From: Trichosphaerium sp. ATCC 40318
Taxonomy: Eukaryota; Protista; Tubulinea
Length of the DNA: 64,000 nt
Direction of reading: 5' to 3'
Assembly (NCBI GenBank): GCA_038496445.1
Contig: JALMLS010000322.1
Span: 744,001-808,000 of the forward strand
The stretch's first letter is position 1, and the number at the start of each line of letters is the position of its first letter. Below, piece after piece: positions 51,618-64,000 of the stretch. The translations under genes were made by a program, and so were the position numbers. The notes beneath the pieces are model-generated. The model did no database searches, had not been told where the DNA came from, and saw only the letters and a list, made by a program, of their open reading frames with translations.

Positions 51618-53030
51618 ATGAACACCGCTGGTATGTCAAAGGAGCAAACTGCTCAGGCGCACCGAAGTGCAATGCAGCGTTTGACACAGGTATTTTTTGT
51701 AATAACGACCCCAAACTCTAAAATACGCATAGACTATACGTACTAACAGACAAAAAACGCGTCAATTGAAAAAATTCAAAGCAGACTACCAGCAAGTTGA
51801 CAGAACGTTACAAACGCTTCCAGATAAGCTAAAACATAAAATTATGGTATATAGTAGCCAACAGGGCCTATTTCTAAATGATTTAGGTGCCTTTGAGTCC
51901 CGTTGCGTTTATGGAAGGCCATATCGTCAATTCTAATCGCGTGACGGTTCTATTAGGCGATAACTGGTTTGCCAAGGTATCTACTAGTCATGCAAGGTTA
52001 GTAACTATTCTACAAAATTATTATTACCTCTAATTAATATCAGAGGCATTCTTGGGCGTAGAGAAGAGTGTATCCTGCGTTTGAAACTGTTTTAGTTTAA
52101 TTTATAACTGTTTTCGCTTAAATCGCCAAAAAGTCATCGATAAACAGCTTGATGCTCTTAAAGCACAGATAAATGACTTGAAAACGCGTATAGGCCTAAC
52201 ACCAGAGAGTCTAGAGCCAACAGAAGACGGCCTTGAGTGCGTTGACATACGGTAAGATCACATGTTTTTATTTGTTGTTTCAACTTACTCTGTGAACAAA
52301 AAGAGAGGAGTACGACCCAGAAGCTGAGAAAAAATTTATGGAACGTCGTAAATTACGTTTACCGGGTAGTAAAGATGAAGACCCTAATGCCAAACGGCCA
52401 AAGATAGAAATGCTTGGAAGTGATGATGAAGAAGATGATGTACACTCCATTCCAAAAAAAAAGTTTGACTGTTTGACTTTGAGTTAAGGTTATCGATGAT
52501 GATGAACACTTGAGGTTTATGGATAAACTTATTGCAGAAGAAAAAGAAAGAGAAGAACGTATTAAACAAGGACTTGAAGTTGAAGAAGATGAAGAAGAAG
52601 ATGAAGATGATTTTGATGATACTGATGTTAAAATGGCAGAGCTTGATAAAATCATCGAGATGGAACAAAGTGGTAGTAAGCCAGGTAATAAAAAGAGCGC
52701 CAAAGAGCATATTATCAATAGCCCAGTGCCAAATATGATACGAGAGGTACGCTCTATGCCATCTAAAACGAACATACATATCAAGAAAAAAATAAGAAAA
52801 TATTCTAAGTATTTTTCTAGGTTGAAACAAGACAACCTCCACCTATTCAAGTTGATGGTAGAGATGTTGTTAGAGTAAGTATAGTTTATTTTACGTATGG
52901 TGTATATTAAAATGATCACTAGATGGGCTTTGGAGGGGTATCAGAGAAAGAAAAAGTTGCAACTGAGAAACCAAAGAGAATATCAAGATTCAAAGCACAA
53001 CGCCTAGCCAAGCAATCCAAGGGATTATGA
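51618..53030 (+). CDS. URI1: Unconventional prefoldin RPB5 interactor (URI1/Bud27-like)
   Basis: Alpha-prefoldin motif LPDKLKHKIMVPL...AFMEG.I..SNRVTVLLGDNWF; acidic middle region; C-terminal KRISRFKAQR motif. Confidence 0.85.
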
Positions 53031-53479
53031 TCAAATTGATTTGGTTGTAACCTTTAACTCCATTCTTCATTCTAAAAGCGTTTGAATAACATTGTTCAAA
53101 CTAATAAACTGTACTTCTAAACCAAACATTGATTCATTTCAGTCTAGGCTTGTGAGGTCGGCGTTAGTTTACTTTGGCTGCATTACGCTCTAAAATTGTT
53201 TGTTTCACTAAAATGTTTTAACGGGAGAAGTACTTGTTGCTGACATTAGTGCCACGTTCACCTATCAAAAAAAAAGTTTGCAGTAGTTCCAAAAAATCAC
53301 GTGCTTCACTTTGTGGAAAACAATCTACATAAAAATATTGAAAGCAACCTCAAGACTTTAATGATAGCTTTTATCATAATACATATGTATTATCCATGTA
53401 GAGATATAAATAAAGGTTTATTGCGATACAGCTGTTAAGGCAGTTCTTTTTTTGGATATGTTATCCATAAAAAAAACTC

Positions 53480-56400
53480 CTACTTTGTTACAAGCACAAG
53501 ATGCGCATGTTCTTCAACCCAATCACTGAATAATGTGCCCTTTGATCCTGTTATATTAACAATATCATCAGAAGTCACTAAAGTGTCTATTGACTGACAA
53601 AAGTGAACAAGAGCTTTTGCCAAAATAGGACTTATTTTTTGTTTGGTCAAGACGCCCAAAACAGTCTTTGCTGGAGCTTCAATAAATTCTACTTCTTTAT
53701 CAACTATATTTAGTCAGTAATGTACACATATTTTGATGCTTGTTCAGAATCAAGAAAAGCAATGTACCTGCTTGTGAAAGTTCAAGTTCCAAGTCGATTG
53801 GAGTAACTAATTTTGGACCATTCAAGTAATATGTCTTACTACTATGAGTGTGGATCCCAATAATTATATTTGTTATGGATAATACACAATCGTTCATAGA
53901 TACCTAAATACACAAATAAGAATAAAAAGAACAAACCCACATGCACAACCAAATGAAAGCAAAAAAAAAGTGAAAAAGATACTTTTGGATTAGAATTATT
54001 CAAATTTTCTTAGCTTTGTTCACTCTTCAACAAGTGAATTACGCTTAAGGTGTTTCTTTGGTGCGGATAAATCGTGTATCTTAGCTTAAATAGGAAAAGT
54101 GTTTTTTACAGTTTTGTTAAGCTTACCATCGGAAACTTTGTTTCTTCGTTGATTGGCAAGCACATAGACTGTTTATCATCTAAAACGAAACTTGTTAACA
54201 CATATATTGCTTCGATAGCTGTGTACCTTTTTCTGATGAAAAATAAGGTAAGTACTCATAGTACATTGCAGTAGCGACAGTAGTAAGTGTGAGATGTTCG
54301 ACTGTCTTTAGTTTATCACAAAATGCGAACATGTCAGGGTGTTGTAATCCAGTTACAACAACGTAGTTTCTAGCATCAACACGTGTAGCACACCATATCT
54401 TCAAGTGGGTATAAACCTTCTCCCAGTCCAAATAAGGCGCCTTAGAAGGAGTATTAAATGATACAAAAACAAGATCTGCTTCTACACAAAAAAAAAGTAA
54501 GTATTATAAAAATTGTACTAGTTGTAAAAGAACACTTCATCAATGTCATCAAAAATAAGTTTTTTCGTATTTTATAAGTGTTCAACATTTAGCGCCACGA
54601 CGTAGCAATTGCCTTGTCGTATAGAGCAAAATATTTGACGTTGAGCAACCAACAAATAAAATTCTTCTAATGCTTAAAAATGTAGTTACCATTGAGAACA
54701 TTTGCAATTTCTGCTGGTTGGTTCCAGTCTACTTCTACAAGTTCTATATCGAGCCCATCAAACTCTTTAATATACCCACATAATCTAGGTACCATAACAC
54801 GCAAAAGTGTCATTTCTTTTTCTTTCAGTAACGCTGCAACCTTTCTACATCACAAAAGTAAGAACAAAAACAACAAAATTATTGTGATCACATATGACTT
54901 GTAGAACACTCTCGTTCTACACTTGTAAAGAAAACTCAAATATCATTTTAAGAAACAAATTCAGGGCGGTATATACTTGGTTTGAATCACGTGATTAAAC
55001 CTTTTGGCCGTTAAAGAAGCGAAAAAAACGCACGCAGTCAAGTTGTTCTTTCCTCCAATAAGAAGGACCCGTCTCTTATATGGCGTTGATGAGCTAGATT
55101 TACGATCTCCTTGTTTTGACTTTCTAGATTTTTTTCCTCCTAGAATCACGTGAGACGGAGCAATTATCTTCAGTAATGACTAACTAACCTTTTAGAATCT
55201 TAGTTGTAAGTGCTTGAAGTTCGTATTTTTTGTCTTTTGCTGCAGCTGATCCGCTCTGTTCTACTCTATACTCACGTGTAAGATATTACAGCTGTTGATA
55301 TTAGAACGTACTCTCCGTCATGGCGCACAATAATACCGTCTTGGGGACCAAACGATGCAACAATCCGAGAAGCAACTGGAGGTTTTGATGTTTTAGGTTC
55401 TTTGCAGTTTAGAATTTTGGTTATATTCTTTGCTACTGCGAGACCAGTCTTGTAAGCGTATTGTGCGTTTTGATACTGTGATCCTTTCTCTTTGATATCC
55501 TTCTCTTCTTTCATGTGATTCACAGCAGCAACAAGACAGTCAGAATCAGCGTCTTCTGGTACTTCTTCTGCCGTCTTGGAAGAAATTAAGTGTTTGTTTC
55601 ATTACTGGGCTATTAATCATACCTCTGCGCTTTCTACTATACGACATACATCTCCAGCTGCGAATATATTATTGTACCCTTTTATGTTCATCTGTCGGGT
55701 CACCACAATGTGTTTGGAAGATGCCAAGCAACTACCAAAGTGTGGTTCTATTGTAAAAAATTAGACATAAAAAAACAACAACCGTGTTCTTTAGCATACC
55801 CAAGAATTCTGTATTTGGTGATATCTGTGCGCAATTTACTACAAACCCTGCTTTTATTTCATCGCCAGAAGGTGATATGGTATATCTCCCTTAAAGAAAG
55901 ATCAGTTAAGTCAAGTCATTAACATTATAAAAGTTGTACCAGCTGTCATATTTGTCATGGCCACTGTACTATTAGTATACACTTTAATATCCTAAACAGA
56001 AGTTATATCACAAAATACGATATCAAGTATTTGTATGTACCATATCCTCCAAGTACTTGATAACTACATCTGTAGCTTTACAACTTTGGTGAAAAATTAG
56101 CGTTACACAAAAAAAATACTAAACCCTGAAAAAACATACTCTCCAAATACTTTCTCTGTAGCAACTAATACAACTTTCTTATCATCGTAAAGACGTTTCA
56201 TTGTTCCTGCAAGCTGAACAGCAGCATATCCTATTATTAACAGAACATAAGGACCCAACACAGAAACAAAAAAGACGTACCTTTTCCTACAACCAACAAT
56301 CTTTTAGCACTTGAAATATCAAGAGAAACATCTGCTATCGCCTACAAGTAATTACATACTACTCATTGATATAGATGTATCGTACTCTTGAAGTAAATGT

Positions 56401-59185
56401 AGTCAATGAAGGTCCTAATGTATCAATAGGGGCATAGCTTACTCCTGTACAGACTACTGCAAAGTCGTAATGAACTGTAAGTTCGTCCAAAATTATCTTA
56501 TCTGCAGTCATGTCCATCACCTGGCTCCGTACGAAGGTGACACGTTCCCATGCAGATTCATACTTCTGTAGTAATCTACCTCCATGCTTTTTGGCACTCT
56601 CAATCGAAGTTTCCAAAAAGTTATGAACACCAGGACGCATTTCGAAGTATTCCTATAATAATAAAAAAAGTTAGTATCAAAGCGTTTGAATGTTTAAGGA
56701 AGAATAGTGTAAACAATTCATACCTTATTGTCTATAAGTGTGACACTTATCGAATTATTTTTACTCAGTTCTGTAGCAATACAAACTCCTGCTATGCCAC
56801 CACCAATTATAACAACAGAAGGCCTAGAAGAGTAAATCGGAATGTTTGGTAAAAAACAAAGTAATGTTGATTTGAAAAAAATCATTGCTGACTTGAGTGT
56901 ATTCCGGTACTTACTTTGTTTTCTCCCATTTATAAAAAGCAGAGCTTGAGTCTTTGAATGTTCCACTATCCTAAGAAATTATCAGCAGAGCTTTACAACC
57001 GAATAAATACAAACAAAACGTACATCAGTTGAATACAGTTTGCTGTCTTCAAGCAACTTTTGGCCTAACTGTATAGCCTCTCCAGGATTTGCGTGTTCAT
57101 GCTCGACTAGCCAAGCAACAAAACTAGAACCAGGGAATGACTTGAACTTGAAAGCTAACAAACTCTTTCTAAACTACACAAAAAAAAGAGAATTAACATT
57201 TCTAAGTCAAAAATCACGTGTTGCGTACCTTGACACCAGTATCAGGATTCATCAACCTAGCAACGAGAACAGGTATCTAAGATACAGTTAAAATAAAAAT
57301 GGAAGATTTAAAAGGTGTAAACATACTGGTTTGTTTGCTAGAGGTAAAAAGTGTTTACTACTATATCTTGTCAATATCTTTGATAAATTAGTCAACCAGT
57401 ATTCCAAGTCTTCTTCAGATTCTGCGTAAAAATGAAGTTGTTCTTTAGGACCCAATGATAATGTAAATCCAAGTCCAGTCCTTAGATTTCCTACATCTGA
57501 TACAGATACTCCCGTTAAGTCAGTAAGGTCTATTGTTCCAGCTGTTTGGATATTTGATTCGTTTGTCTCTTTGTAATTCAGACCAGTCTCGCTATCATAA
57601 AAGAAAAACAAACGTTGCCAATGAGATGGTGTACTCACATCTAATACGAATTGTTACTTCAAGTTATGTAATAAAGACCAGCTTCGAGTATTATAACAAA
57701 ACATGACACTCTTTTGGTTTAAGGAAAATCCAAAACAAAAAAAATCAGAAAACTAACCTTTTGACTTATTACTAGCATCTTCGTCTTCCATAATACTATC
57801 GTTTGCCATATATAAATATCCGCGCATCTAAATTAAAATATCAGTACAGACTTGACACGCGAAAACTAAAATAAGTTATTGTTGTACTTCTACTTCTGAC
57901 ATTCGTCTTTCTGATTCTTTGTTCATAAATTCAGCCATTGTACTAGCAACGTCTGATATTTCCGCTTGAGACACCTTTCCTTTAAGTAATTCCATGATCC
58001 TAATCATAACGTGAGTAAGGAGAAAAGCTAACTGGTTTTTTCAAAAAAAAAATCTTAAAAACATTCGCACCCGTCCAACACTGATTGAGGTGTAACATAC
58101 TCCCTACTAAACGGAGCGAGTTTTACTGGCCCTTCAGAAGACGTATCAGAATCAGAAGTATTACTCAGTGTCTCAGCAGTAACAGCAAGAGAAGAGGTTT
58201 CTGAAGATTCTTCATCAAATAATGCTTGTGCAGACGGTGAAGGTTCACCAAGTGTTTTAGTACTATCTGTAAGTTCTAACGTTGCTTCTTTTCTCTCAAT
58301 AAAACGCTCAGAGCTAGCTTTATCCTCTTTAGGTAGTTTAGAGCCATTAATAGCGGTTTTTTGTTCTTTCTCTTTCTACAAACAAAGTTAACAAGTAGGA
58401 AAAGTTTTCTGAAAATAAAGATAATTGTGCATTCTGACACCGACTCGGAGTTTTTTTTGTATAACGCTACCAAAAAAAAAGGCCTACATGGAGAAGAAAT
58501 GGATGATGGTAAAATGGTGTTTGATCTTGGCAATGAACAAATAAAAAGTGTACAACTTTTTCGAAAAATTCTGAAAATACCAAAAAAAAACTACTAGTAG
58601 TAACTGATAGTATTCAATTGATTCTTGTGCATTGTAACGTTAGTGTATTAACGTACGGATTGCTTTGATGCCTTTTTGCTTTTCTTGGACTTTTTTTTTG
58701 GCGTTTTTGTTTTTATCTTTTTTTTCGGTTTTTTTGGTGACGCCGGTCTTGTTGTTAGTATTATCTTAGGCGCATTCTCTAAAGAAAGACGTGTAAATAG
58801 TAAATAAGTAGTTTGGTTCTTTTTTAGGGTGTGAAAGTTTGTAAACGCTGCGCCTTTATGTTTTTCCGTGATAAGTAACGCGTTTAGACGTATTCATACG
58901 AAGATTCTTGACAAAAAATAACAACTACTTTAACGTACTGCTTTTCTGTTGTACTGGTTCTGTATTTGATCGTGTCTGTGTCTGAGGCTTGTTTTCCGTT
59001 GCTTTTGTTGATAACTGTTGAACGGTTGGGCTCTCTTCTATTGCCATTTGTTGTGCCATTAAATCGCGTCTCTTGAGCAGTTTTTCGATTACTTCATCTG
59101 AAAACGAGTTACTCAGTGAGGTTGTATTCCTTCGCAATAATGCCATCACTGGAGGTAGCAACTCCCCATCGCTTTGCTTCGACAT
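53480..59185 (-). CDS. Multidomain protein: low-complexity N-terminus, PH, DEP, AIF/AMID(FSP1)-like FAD oxidoreductase, NmrA-like NAD(P)-binding domain
   Basis: PH: MRGYLYM...WQRLFF...HFYAESEEDLEYWL. DEP: LMNPDTGVK...SFPGSSFVAWL...EAIQLGQKLLE. Oxidoreductase: VVIIGGGIAG, YDFAVVCTG, NIFAAGDV. NmrA-like: RVLLIGG, ELVEVDW, ADLVFV, TYYLNGP. The single-gene model is inferred from compatible splice phases. Confidence 0.72.
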
Positions 59186-59591
59186 CTGTGATGGTTTTAC
59201 CGGTTTGGGGTGACTAAGGCCTGTCACTTAGCGTCAGTACACAAATCAAGTGCGTGTCTTCAAGAACATCTTAGTAGATGTTTTATTGTCACATATTACA
59301 ATCTGTTCTTCAAAAATGGTGATGGAGAAAAGCGAACAAGCTGAGATCATCTCTTGTGTTGTAAAATGTGTTTATTGTAGCGCTAACAGTGTTATAGGAA
59401 AAACCTAGCTGCGTTATTTAGTAATTACGTCGACTTAAAGTTATTTAAGGTTTTTGTAAGCAATACACGCCTCAGCACCCTCTGGTATGTAGTTTTAGGC
59501 GAAAACTAAGCCTCGTAAATAGTTATAACCCTCTGTTAGGTTGGTGAAATAGAAAATGAATTAGGAAGCCATCAGAATACAAGGGCGCTCT

Positions 59592-61178
59592 ATGATTAAG
59601 CTTATACGCACGCCCAATACGGTTGTACAGCAATGCATAACCTACTCACGGAGACATGCTCTTACGCGTCTAAGTCGCACCAAAACAACTGTGGTGGAAC
59701 CAGTAGGCGAGAAAACAACAAACGAAACGAAACAAGATTTCAAGGTTAAAAAACTTCCAACAACGACAATAGGACGCTATTTGTCCTTAACAAAACCAAG
59801 ATTGAGCTCGGTTGTAATGATAACGACAGTATTTGGCTACAGCCTCGCTCCAGGGGCATTTATTGGCACAGAGTCGCTACTGGCGTTATTATACACAACT
59901 GTTGGTACTACTTTGGCCGTAGGCTCAGCCAACACGCTAAACCAAGCTATGGAGGTACCCAAGTTGTCGGAGAATTAAATGCGAAGCGTTTTTGACAAAG
60001 TTATAGGCGGATTACGATAAACAAATGGTAAGAACTCAAAATCGCCCAATTCCATCAGGTGCAATTACTAGAACTCAAGGTAAGTGACATAAAGTGACAT
60101 AAAGTGACTTTTATGCGTTATAACATTTCATACTCATTTGACGCGTAAAACGCACGTGTACATGCTCGTGCATACATTTTTTGTTTTTTTTGCTTGTTTT
60201 TTGAATTTTGGCTCGTAGCTGTCGTTCTTGTTCACTGTACTTACTTTACTGTAGCTACTATATTCGGTGTTTCTCTGGCTGTTGCAGGAGGCGCTATTAT
60301 GACACTAGTAAGTCACTGAGCGTCACAGTTAGGCTTTTTAATAATTGTCACTGGTCACAAAAAAATTTCTGTTGTTATCACACTTTCGATATTTAGACGC
60401 GTTGAACACTTTATTGTTCTGAGTTTAGGCGCATAAGAGCTCTTTCTGAAAAAAAAATCAGCTTTTTTGTTCGTTCAACTGCTAATGGCTTTTTCAAGGT
60501 AAACCCTCTCTCAACTGCGTTAGTTCTTGGTAATGTACTATTATATACATTGGTATACACACCTCTTAAACGCGTGACTCTTTGGAACACGTGGGTAGGA
60601 GGATTCGTAGGAGCTATACCACCTTTAATTGGTACCCTTTACAAAAAAAACATTTTTTATTTTCTTGTTTTCTTACTTTTCTCAATTTAGGCTGGGTTGC
60701 CTGTACTGGCACAGCGGGTATTGGTGGATGGTCCCTATTCTATATTCTATACATATGGCAAATATCTCACTTTCTTGCATTATCTTGGCCTCTTCGTCAT
60801 GATTACGCAAGCGCTGGATATAAAATGCTTTCCGGCGTAAATCCTGAAAAACTTCCTCTTTCGACTTTTAGATACTGCCTTTATCATCTACCTTTTGGTA
60901 TTCTTACTACATTGGCTGGTGTAACTACATGGCCTGTTATAGTTACATCATCTATAGCTAATGCTTACTTGGTCTATCAAGGATATAAGTTCTGGAAGAA
61001 ACCGTCCAATTCAAATGCAAGAAAGTTATACTTGACAACTATTTGGTATATCCCTCTACTCATGCTCTTGATGTTTCTTAGTAAAACGGCTCTTGATGAA
61101 GAAGAGGAAGAAGAAGGCGAAGGCGATGACGAACTTATTATGATACAAGGTGATAAAGACATTGATATAAAACTGTAA
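59592..61178 (+). CDS. COX10: Protoheme IX farnesyltransferase (heme O synthase), mitochondrial
   Basis: Arg-rich presequence; [52 protein letters not shown] and WQISHF.AL......DY..AGYKML. Confidence 0.95.
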
Positions 61179-61754
61179 TTGAAGATTTGAAAAGAGAAAA
61201 AAAAAATACAAAAAAAAAAGATTAACGTTTATGTACGAATGTGACGATTGTTGTACCTATTACGCATCGTCAGCTAACGTCACATAAAAGAGAGTGTACA
61301 CAAGCGCATTTTGGGAAGGTTTACTGCATTTTTATTGTAGTTAACGCTTGCAGTGTCACTCGACTTATTTTAATGAAAACACAATTATTTATGGCGCCAC
61401 TTTTAAAATTACCAGAAAAAACGCTGGAAATCAATCCTGTAGTTTTATTAAAGGAAATGTCAAAAACTGTGTTTTTCCTAAACTTGTACAATTGCGATTT
61501 GTGTTATATACACTTAACGTACATTATACTTGAGAATAAAGTAAGAGATGGATTAAAATACTTAACAGAAAAGAATTCTGAATTTAGCCGAAAATAGGTT
61601 TAATCAACACAAATGAAACCGAGATAAACCGAATTATATAGTTTACGCGTAGGGAATTAATAAAAACGCGTTTACTAGCGAGCACTAATTGCATTTAACG
61701 ATTTCTCTTAAGTCACTTTGTTCTCTGATAAACTTGTATAGACGACGTTTAAAC

Positions 61755-64000
61755 ATGAGGTTGCTGTTAGCTTGCTTCATATTTATACAAATTATAAGCG
61801 TCATAGCGCTAACAAGGGACATTGCCCCTAACCCACTGAATACATGCATGTTAGTGCACTGTGCACCTGAGGGTATGTAATCAAAGCGCTAGCACTTGTT
61901 CCATCCGATTCTAAAAGCAGATATCGACTTTGATTTTTATCGCCTTACACCATCTTATGGTTGTTTTCTTGTCAAATCGTATCTAACTGATTACAACTAA
62001 GGCGGTTGCGATCCATACGCAAGCGATTTGACGATTTTCACCTCAGTACCTGGTTCTCCGAGTCAAGTGAGAATGGCTTTGAATGCAGGTGAACTTGTTT
62101 GGAGAAGTAGTACGTGTTTTTGTGTTTGTAGTTTGTGCAGTAAGCGTACAATCGTCTGTGTCACAAATCTTGCGTACTCGCAGCTCTCGTTCTTATTTTT
62201 TATGATAGCCACTGGTGGTGATCAATCTCGATTTCGACCAGTTATATCAGAAGAACGTGGTTATAATCAACCCACAATAGACTTTGCTGAAGGAGGACAA
62301 GCTACTAATACGTTCAATGAGATTTTCTTCAGTTATACCATACCCTCTCTACCTCGCACAATCAGTACGTAGACACAAGAACCATAGTTATCAGATAAAA
62401 AGACCACAGTTGTTTTAAAGTCATTTGTTGTTGTGTACACCTCTTTTCTGATTATTTCCAAAAAAACCAGATTCTCTTGCTCTTAAAATCTGCCTGGCGT
62501 CTGGTACCTTTAGAGGAGTACGTGACGATGATTTTAGGATAAAGACGTTTTTAACAATTGATAATGGATTTGATTGCCAACAATCATACTCTGCACCAGG
62601 TAGTAGCAATCCAAATCATCCTACGTTCAATGTACGTAAACACGCACGTGAAAAACCCTAAAAAACCAATCTGTTGGATTGTGGAATGTACGCATTGCTA
62701 ATACCCTTCATAGAGTACTACAATGAGGGGCTATGCATCTGGTTTAGAGTCGAGTTGCATGACATTAGAAAGTTGGACAGTAGCGGAAATAAGTTCAATC
62801 AATTCACTGTCAAAGCTTGAACTACTTTTGTTGCCTTCCATATTCGATCCTTTCCATGATACCTGCAGACTGAACGGTAATTGCCAACTAGAGAATAATT
62901 TTGCTGCAGACTCTTGGGATTTTACTAACCTAGATTCATGGGTACGGCACTGTCAGCGATCACGTTTTGAACAATATTTGAACTTTACTTTTTTGCAACA
63001 AAACTTTGGAGACGCAAGTCCTTTAAGGTTATTGTTAGGTTTCTTTATTGTTTATTGTTGAAATAATACTAAGCATTTTTATTAAGGAATTAACAAGAAG
63101 TCAATCAGTTCTTATCGTTGATTACAGTACGAAGTGTTTTGTGATTTTCTATATTTCTTTTTTTCGTCAATTCCTTTTATTTGGTGGATCCTTTTTTGTT
63201 TACTGAACCTAGCTTGTGATTCTGGATATGCTGGACCTGATTGTGAAGATATTAAAGAGTGTACAGATATGACAGATAAGTAAGATCTCACGGTTTAGTA
63301 GAATAACAACTAACTCAATTGTCTTTCAAAAAAATAGCTGCGATAGGGCAAAGAATGTTGTATGTATTGAAGAAGAAGGAAGCTTTAGCTGTGGAACATG
63401 TCCACCTCCTTATATACAAAATCCTGGCTTTCCAACTGGAACTAACTGCTCAGGTACTTGTCTTTAGTCAATACGTTGTTTGTAGTTAAAAAGAGTTGTA
63501 GAATGTGATAGTGGGTTCACTGGAAACGGTGTAACTTGCGAAAACATAAACGAGTGCCAAGTAGGTACTCCATGTGGATCTTTGTACGTGATCAGTTTTT
63601 TATTGTAATTTTAAGAAAATGCTTATTGTACTGGATTTAGGGCTGAGTGTTCTGATACTGATGGATCTTTTGATTGTAATTGTATCACCGGGTATACGAG
63701 AAATACTTCCGTTGTTCCGTTTAACCCAACGACATCTTGTATCAGTACGTGTTCTAGTGGTTTTTTTAAAATGTGGATTTTGTTTATTAAATTCTATTTG
63801 CGTAGATGTAAACGAGTGTGCTGCTAGTACTAGCCCTTGTCCACCTCAAAGCAACTGTACAGATACAATTGGAAGTTTTGAATGTAATTGTATTGATGGA
63901 TATGAAGCACAATCAACTGCATGTGTCAGTACGTATTGACTACCATTGTTGTACACTTATTCTCATACCATTATTTTTACAGATATCAACGAATGTTCTA
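61755..64000 (+). CDS. Secreted/surface protein with calcium-binding EGF repeats (runs off the window)
   Basis: Signal peptide MRLLLACFIFIQIISVIA; repeats DIKECT, NINECQ, DVNECAASTSPCPPQSNCTDTIGSFECNCIDGY and DINEC. Confidence 0.85.

Noticed and set aside
1-64000. Alternative genetic code to explain the fragmented ORF track
   Set aside because: The fragmentation is explained by many short introns; TAA, TAG and TGA all terminate well-supported genes.

Overview
AT-rich, intron-dense eukaryotic nuclear DNA. Most introns are about 40-110 nt, and the gene content suggests an amoeba-like protist. No rRNA, tRNA or CRISPR array was seen. Gene models were spliced by hand, so exon boundaries are approximate. 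Housekeeping genes: an XRN-family 5'-3' exonuclease, adenylosuccinate synthetase, a BRPF/Nto1-like PHD-bromodomain protein, URI1/Bud27 prefoldin, COX10, a dual-specificity phosphatase, a SAM methyltransferase and a RidA-family protein. There are two unstable accessory regions: (i) 6.4-16.7 kb, a large inverted duplication carrying two convergent SGNH-hydrolase genes and F-box/MORN-repeat genes; (ii) 33-42.4 kb, F-box/MORN-repeat genes interleaved with divergent Ras paralogs (one carrying G12R and a broken switch II) and piggyBac remnants. The most striking gene is at 17.1-20.5 kb on the minus strand. It splices into one protein with four ~70-aa Trp-rich repeats, a Vsr/DUF559-like PD-(D/E)xK nuclease domain and a complete ATP-dependent DNA ligase, a candidate recognise-cut-rejoin enzyme. 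Also notable: a PH-DEP-FAD oxidoreductase-NmrA fusion, an intronless bacterial-type RNase H, frequent GC-AG introns, U12-like introns and strong enrichment of the CACGTG palindrome.
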